Assembly: GCA_965644315.1 (NCBI GenBank)
Contig: CBFFRQ010000036.1
Span: 1-64,000, forward strand
Source of the DNA: Caecitellus pseudoparvulus
Taxonomy: Eukaryota; Protista; Bigyra: Bicosoecida
Length of the DNA: 64,000 nucleotides
Direction of reading: 5' to 3'
The position numbers and the translations under genes were made by a program. Below, in pieces: positions 57,319 to 64,000 of this stretch. How positions within the stretch are numbered: the first letter of the stretch is position 1; each line of letters opens with the position of its first letter. The notes below the pieces were generated by a model, which was not told the DNA's origin, made no database searches, and saw nothing but the letters and a program-made list of their open reading frames with translations.

Positions 57319-60300
57319 ATGGATGCTCTAGAGTGGCAGGAACCGCTTTCTGAGCGGCAGATCGTCGCCCTGTCGCGCAGGCTGGACGAAAAGTGAGGCA
57401 GTCGCTGCGACGGTCGAAACGCCTCACAGCACACACGGCCGCCCCGCCGCTGCGCAGTTTGGCCGTGCCTGCCACAACAGAGGAGCAGCACGGCTTAGCG
57501 AGCCTCATGCCACTGTCCCAGCAGCCGGCGCGATGCATCCTGGGTTTGGACATGTACGAGGCTCAGGCGCTTCGGGCTCGAATTGGGCGTGACCTTCCGC
57601 TGGCGCTGCAAGGGTTCTTCACGGAGGAGGGGTGGGAAGGCGCCTTGCTGCACCCAGACGTCATCGAGCTGGAGCCGGCCGATGGCTCAGCGCGGCGGGC
57701 CATGCGTCGGCGTGTGCCTGCGAAACGCACGCCGCTGTCCGTGCGGGTGCTGGTGCACCTGTACATGGCTGCTGCAGCAACGGTGACGGATGTCTGGCGC
57801 CTGCTGCGGCTGTACAGCCAGCAGGAGGCGGCTGCAGACCGCAGCACCACCATCATGGACCGCGACGGGTCTGTGGACTGCTCCCTCGCAGCTGCCATTG
57901 GGGCGGACCCCGGCGCCAGTGCCGAGGAGGGGGGGGCGGGGTCCGCTCCGGTGGCTGTGGGCATCTCCGAGTCCATGGTGCACCGCGTGGGGCTGGCGAG
58001 GCTGCTGCAGGAGCGAGGCGGCATGCCGTCGCGCCGTGCTGCCCACGTGGCCCTGAGCATTGACCAGTTGGTCCACTCTCCCTGGGGCCCGGCAGCCCAG
58101 CGGCGGCCTGATGCGGCAGTGATTGCCGCGGGCGGCTGCACCGCCTCTGCCGCGGTGTCTGGCGCCCTCTCCAGCGCTGCTTTCTCACAAGCCGCCATGA
58201 CGGCAGGCGCCTTACACCGGGCTGCCCACGCCAAAGCGCGGCAAGCGGCGGCAGGCTTGACCCTGGCCCCGCCCAGCGAGGCCGGGAGTGGGGGTTCTGA
58301 GGCAGGCTCGGACTCCGTGACGGGGTCTGAGGCGACGCCCCGCGAGGCAGGGCGGTGGAAGGTGGGCCCATCCGTCGAGGCTGCCTCCGGCTTCCCCTCT
58401 GCCTCCACTGTGGATGCGGGGGAGGACCCGTGGGCCGCCCGCATGCTGCAGGGGGCGGAGGATGCGCCGGCGACTCGTGTGCGGTATGTGGAGGGGGGCC
58501 GCGCAGTGCGCACGCCCCACACGCCCCACACGCCCCACACGCCAGGACGGGGTGCAGGGGGCGAGCAGGGTCGCCGTTCGTCCCCCCTTCGGACGCTGCG
58601 AGGCGCTGCCCTGGCCACCATGGCGCTGGCGTCGACAGCACCTGGCCAAGGTGCAGAGGCGGACGGTGGGGCCTCTCGCCGCCGCCACGCCGCTCTGTCT
58701 CCCGGCCTGAGCAAGTCACACTCTGCAGTGCAGGCGGGAGACTTGACGCAGCTGCTGTACGGGGGCGCGGGGTCGGCGTCGCTGCACGGCACGGTGGATG
58801 CTTGGGCGGGCAGCAAACACGTCAGTGTGCAGGCGCGTGGCTTCGTAGACACGCCTGTGGGGCAGAACCCGGAAGCTCCACTGGCCCAACAACAGGGACA
58901 GTTCGTCGTGCGGTTGCCGGGGGGCAGCATCCCTCGTTCTGGCACCATGGCTTCGCCGCTGCTGGCGACACGTGCAGGTGGCAGCAGTTCCGCCCCACCG
59001 CCGCCCCACCGCCAAGCCCGAGCTGCCAGTGCACGTCACACTGAGTGGGCAGCCTCTGCATCTGGCAGGGCGGCACTGGCAGGTGCAGAGAGGGCTGCGG
59101 CCAGTGGGGCCACCGATGCGGCGGCGGCGAAGGCGGCTACCTTGTCGTCCTTGTTGGCAGCGGACGCTGCGACGGATGACACGGGGGCGGCAGTGGGCAG
59201 CGGCATCACACACGGCGTTCCGTTTCATTTTGCACTGTCCTCTGCAGAGAGCGTCATTCCTGGGCAGCATGCGTACCCCGACGGACCCCTGGGCCTCACC
59301 TCAGACCCTTCCGCCAAAGTCGCACCAGCCACAAAGCCGCTGCCTCCGCTGTCGCGGCCGCCGACGGCTCCTGCAGCGGCTCCCGTGAAACGCGTCATCC
59401 AGCGCCCAGGCAGGAGTGAAGATGAAATAAAGGCAGCCAAACGCGCCGCACGCAAGGCGAAACGGGCTGCGCGGAAAGCGGCAGCTGACGCCAAAGCCGC
59501 TGCGACTCTGCAGCCCTATGCGGAGACGCTGCCGACTGCACGCAGCTCAGTGGGGAGCAGCATGCTGCAGGCTGCCGACGCTGAAGCGAAGACAGGGGCA
59601 GGGGCACACGTGCCGCCCCTGGAGCTGGCGTTGGTGGCACAGGAGGCAGTGGGCGGCGGGCACCCGTTGCGCGTGGCTGAGCTGGAGTCAGGCAGGGTCA
59701 GCCACATCTCGCCCCGGGCGTTTCTGCACCCCCTATCCCGCCTTGTAAAGCCATCGAACATCGGGGAACGCCTGGCCGCCAAAGCCTACGCGGAACACAC
59801 GCAGGTGCGTGCGCAGGCTGAGGCCGAACGCCGCACCGCCTCGGCACGCGAAGCACGGCAGCCCAACGCGCCGTGGGCCGCCTCGTTGCCAGGCGACGCC
59901 ACTCGCCCGCCCCAGCGCTCTGCAGAGAGTGCCCGTCCTCGCACATCTGACCCAGGGTCGGTTTCTCACCCCCTGCTCTTGGCGCTCATGCAGCGTGCCG
60001 CTGCACGGTCGCAGGGTCCGGGCGCCGACCCTGGCGCGAGCGGAATTGGCACCGACAAGGCGCTGCCTGGCGCTGCCTCTCAAGCCACCCTGCAGACATG
60101 GAGCAGCATGTCCCTGGACTCTGGCACTGTCGCGTCTCGGCTGCAACAGTTGGCGTCGCAGGGGACGCTGGTGCGCAGCGCCGAGACACAACCCGAGCCC
60201 AGCGGGCATGCCGGCGGGGTCAGTCCGCCAACCTCCCCAGTGCAGACATCACGCAACATGTTTTCCCACCAAGGGTCCAGTCTGGACAAGGTGCTGGGCG

Positions 60301-63300
60301 GTTGGTCCGCGGAGGCGCTGGAGGAGGCTGTACGGGGAGCTGCGGCTGCGAATGCTGACACGTCAGCAGCCGCTGCAGTGGCCCAGGCAGAGCTCGCAGG
60401 GGTACTTCCGGAGGGGGCGTTCATTTCTGGGAGAGGGGGGGTGAGTCTACGACCCCAAGACGTCCCGCACGCTCTTGCGTCCGTGCGCATTCGGGGGCAT
60501 GGCGTGCCTGACGCTGTGGCCATGACTGTGGCTGCAGGAAACGCCCTCCGCGGCGCCTCGGAAGACCCACCCCCTGACTCCTCCACACTCATGGCGGCAG
60601 TTGCCGGGACAGCCCCTGGTGCGACGCTGGTGCAGGGTAAGCCCTCAGCCGCACAAGCCCTGGTGTCTGCTGTGCTGGCCACGCCGGCGGCGGTGCATGC
60701 TGGTCGAGCTTGGGGAGGTGCCGGGAACCCAGACACATCAAGACTGAACCACGATGCCATGAGTTTGCAGGTGCAGCGGCGTGCGATGCGAGATCGCGAG
60801 AGTGACGTCGCCAGCCGCCGTCGGGAGGTGCTCACCGCGGCAGCCGACGCCGTTGCAGGCGGTGCGCACGCCGACCGGCTGCGACAAGCGGCCCGGGAAG
60901 CATCCACCCTGGGCACAGCCCACGGCGTGGACAGTGGCCGCACACTGCAAAAACAGCTGCTGCTCAGGCGGGGCACGACGCTGTACGCAGAGGCCGCTCG
61001 ACTGGCGCGTGCGAGTCTGGAGGGTACAGGTGGCACGGCTCGCACCGGGTACCACCCCGCATCGCTCCCCACCCTGACATCGTCCATCTACGAGGCGCAG
61101 CACATGCTGGAGCGGCAGTCCCGAGAACAGTACATTCTTGCGTGCACCAACGCGCACGATGTGCCCCTTCCTTCCGTCCTGCGCGCGCTGGCCAAGCCCG
61201 CGGCAAACATGTCACATTTTGCGCTGGGCGAGGCGGGCGCGGCGGCCGTCGCGGCGGCCCTGGCAAACAACAGCACGATGTTCTCGCTGGACCTACGTCA
61301 GAACAATCTGGGGGTGGGGGGCGGCCTGCACCTGGCTCGGGCCCTGCAGTCCAACCGAACACTGCGCATGATCGAGGCTTCCGGGAACGGGCTGGCTGAC
61401 GCCGCCGCTGCAGTGCTCATGGCTGTGGCAGCACACCCCACTCTCACCAGCATCACCCTCAGTGACAACAAAATCACCAACGCTGCAGCCCAGGCAGTGT
61501 ACGCGGCGCTGACGGGGACGCTCTTCGAGTTGGCTCCGGCGCCCCCCCTCGCCAAACCTCGCAAGCCGAAGAAACCCGGGCCTGCGACGTGGCAGCGCAA
61601 GCCACGCCCGCCACCCCTCCCACGCGTGACGTACGTCCTGCAGGCGTTTTCCGTCGTTGGCCTCCGGGAATTGGACCTGAGCTTCAACCCGCTGGGGCCG
61701 CGCGTCGCAGAAGCCCTGGCCGCGGCACTGGGCGGCAAGGAGGCCTGGTACACCACCCTCATCCCCCAGTCCCTGCCAGCATCCGCCATCGCCGAGCAAG
61801 CGACTCCCTCTCGAGCAGTCTCCACGCTGGCGCCCGCCCAAGCCCCGCCCAAGCCCATTCTCCTCCTCGCCAAGGGTGTCAACCCTCCTCGCGCCTTCGC
61901 AAGTCAGCTGCAGCGGCTGAACGTGTCATGGTCAAACCTGGGCACGCACGGCTCCCGCAAGCTGCTCCTGGCCCTGAAAGGGAACACATGCTTGACAGAT
62001 TTGAACATCGGGTGGACGCGCCTGGGGCCGGACGGGGGCTGCGCTGTGGCAGAGATGCTGGCATGCAACAGCCACTTGAAGGTGTTCGCCGCCCCGCGTT
62101 GCCGGCTGACCCCTGCAGCAGGAATGCTCATCGCAGATGCCTTGCGGCTGAACGGCACGCTGACCACCTTGGTGCTGGACAACAACCCCCTGGGGGCCAT
62201 TGCAGCCGGCGCAGTGCTGTCAGCTGCTCGGGGCGGGCGGCACATTTCACAGCTTGGACTGCGTGGTACGCTGCGGGAAGACACGGGCGCCACCTCTGGC
62301 ACGGCACTGCACAGCCTGCAAGGCCCCATGCGGCACGAAGAAGCAGTCATGGCCAGCGGGGGCAGCACTGCCATCCTGAAGGATGCCCTGGCCGACGCAC
62401 AGGCGCGCCAGGCGGAGCGGGGGTCGCACAAACTCAGCGAAGGCCGGCGCAGCTTCAGCGGCGGGCACCTCGCCGTCGGGCGTCGGCGTAGCCTGAGCGA
62501 AGTGTCTTCCGCGTCGGGCATCAGCACGGAGGGGGTCGTGGAGGACTTTGACACGATGATGGGCAGCATGAGTCCTGCCGCACTGCACCAAGCCTTCGAC
62601 CGGTACTTGCAACGCCACCCCCACGTGCAAGCCGAGTACAGGCGGGTGGAGGCAGCGGCGCGGCACCGGCGAGAGGCGCGGGAGACTGGCACAGTCACGG
62701 CAGACACCTTGGAGGACGAAGGCAGCAGCTCGAACGCAGTTGATTTGGAAGAGGAGTTTTCTGAGCTATTCAAGCACACCCAGGTTGGCATTGTGGAAGA
62801 GGACGAAGGCGAGAGTGGCAAGCGGTCGCCGCGCAGGTCGCGGAAGCGGAAAGGGCGCAGAAAACGAACCACAGCAACGCTGCCTGCCGCTTCGGCCATG
62901 CCCACGAAACCGCCAGTCCTTGACGCCTCGTCACGGCAGAGCCCCGTTGAAGACGACGGCGATTCAGACTCCGATGGCAGTCTGGACGGTGTGACCGGGA
63001 CGGGTTTCGTGGACGGCGCACTGGGCAGGGGGGTGGATGCAGACGACCGCGCCCACCACACAGCACACCACATTGCAGTGGAAGTGGGCGATCCGTGGGC
63101 TGGCGGGCGGGACTTTGACTCTGTCATTCCCGACGCAAAGTACACGCTGTTCCTGTCCCACCCACGTGACCACGCCATTGCCCAGCTGCTGCTGGCACGT
63201 GTGCGTCGTGGCGACGCCCAGTGGAAGGCTGCAGTCCACCTGGAGTACGAGCCCAACGCCGGTGTGCAAGCCAAGGTCATGGGCCTGGCCTCGGCGGCAA

Positions 63301-64000
63301 CTCCCCGGCAGCGCACGTCAGCGGACTTGCAGCAGCAGCGCGCCGACGAACAAGCACGCCGCGGCGCACGGCGGTGGCGCCTGCCGCTTGCCGAGCTGCG
63401 CACACCCTCCTTCACCCTGCCTGACTTTGGCACCTTGCTCTTCCGCCATGAATCAGTGGGCAAGCTTGAGAGCAAGGAGGAAAGCAGTCCGCGTGAGCTG
63501 GCACCGGCAGACACCAAGCCAGCCGCGACTGGGCGGCGCCCCTCTCTTGCGGGCGCCTCGGACGCAGAGGATGTGGCCGCCAAGGCTGCTGCAGCCAGGC
63601 GCAACTCGCAGTCCATGGTGCTAAAGAGCTTCTTTTCGGAAGTTCTGGTGTCGCTGGACATGGCAGACCCGGCACAGCGTGCGACGGCGCGGCACTTGCT
63701 GTGGCGCGCGGCTGCCCGCGAGGCGACCGGGGAGAGCGTGGACGCCATGGCCCTGAACGGCTCGCCCCTGCAGCTGCAAGTGGACCCTGCAGCCCTCTCA
63801 CGCACGCCCTTGTTCACTGCGAAGAACGCCATTCCCGGCAAACGCCCGGGGCCCCCGCAGCCGCGCCTGTTCGTGGGGGACGACGCCGTCCCCGCACACT
63901 CGAAGATCGCCGCGGCGTCAACCGCAGTGCGCCTGCCCCCCGAGACACGAGGGGGCCGTGCCGTCTTCGTGCCCTCCACCATCCACCACCCAGACCAGTG
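57319..64000 (+). CDS. Giant RNI-like (NLRC3-type) leucine-rich-repeat protein, truncated by the window end; absent from the ORF track because it has no stop
   Basis: ATG 57319, 65-nt intron 57393..57457, then a frame with no stop seen from 57459 to 64000. LRRs at ~61200-62280: SLDLRQNNLGVGGG, SITLSDNKITNAA, ELDLSFNPLGPR, RLNVSWSNLG, TLVLDNNPLG. Confidence 0.85.
58512..58543 (+). repeat. 9-bp tandem repeat (ACGCCCCAC x3.5) encoding TPH-TPH-TPH-TP
   Basis: Directly visible; in frame within the LRR gene. Confidence 0.9.

Noticed and set aside
4261-63982. Numerous long overlapping or antisense ORFs (e.g. 4261..5532, 5696..7066, 23298..24569, 52268..53701, 57563..58948, 61904..63982)
   Set aside because: Shadow frames of real genes in high-GC DNA; Arg/Pro/Ala- or His/Thr-rich with no motifs.
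1-64000. tRNA/rRNA genes, endogenous virophage or giant-virus insert, prokaryotic operon
   Set aside because: No cloverleaf with T-loop consensus, rRNA-like tract, AT-rich viral block or capsid/integrase genes were seen. The genes are intron-containing eukaryotic genes.

Overview
Gene-dense, high-GC eukaryotic (protist, probably stramenopile-like; inference) genomic DNA with short GT-AG introns of about 65-110 nt and short intergenic gaps. Bases 1 to ~4399 are a two-gene PIF/Harbinger-ISL2EU (PHIS)-type DNA transposon. It has imperfect terminal inverted repeats, and the window starts inside the left one. It encodes a DDE transposase with a frameshift-linked SAP-domain tail and a convergent, intron-containing accessory gene. 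Host genes follow in this order: a PX + degenerate nucleotidyltransferase + winged-helix protein (split by a homopolymer indel), a TYW3-TYW2-TYW5 wybutosine-pathway triple fusion, lipin, a DHHC palmitoyltransferase, an anoctamin, a compositionally odd helical-bundle/pseudokinase-like/Sel1-repeat gene, Ku70, a small basic-tailed protein, a metallophosphoesterase, a TFIIIC-large-subunit-like gene, DMAP1/SWC4, RPS23, a ~2000-aa orphan, a PDR/ABCG transporter, an ARMT1/DUF89 phosphatase, and a giant RNI-like LRR gene that runs off the right end. The best leads are the MLKL-like/pseudokinase/Sel1 gene, the TYW triple fusion, an AAT(G/A)CA motif just after 14 of 17 stop codons (candidate non-canonical poly(A) signal), the transposon, and several proteins with lost catalytic or metal-binding residues. 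All calls are from motif recognition by eye; no searches were run.
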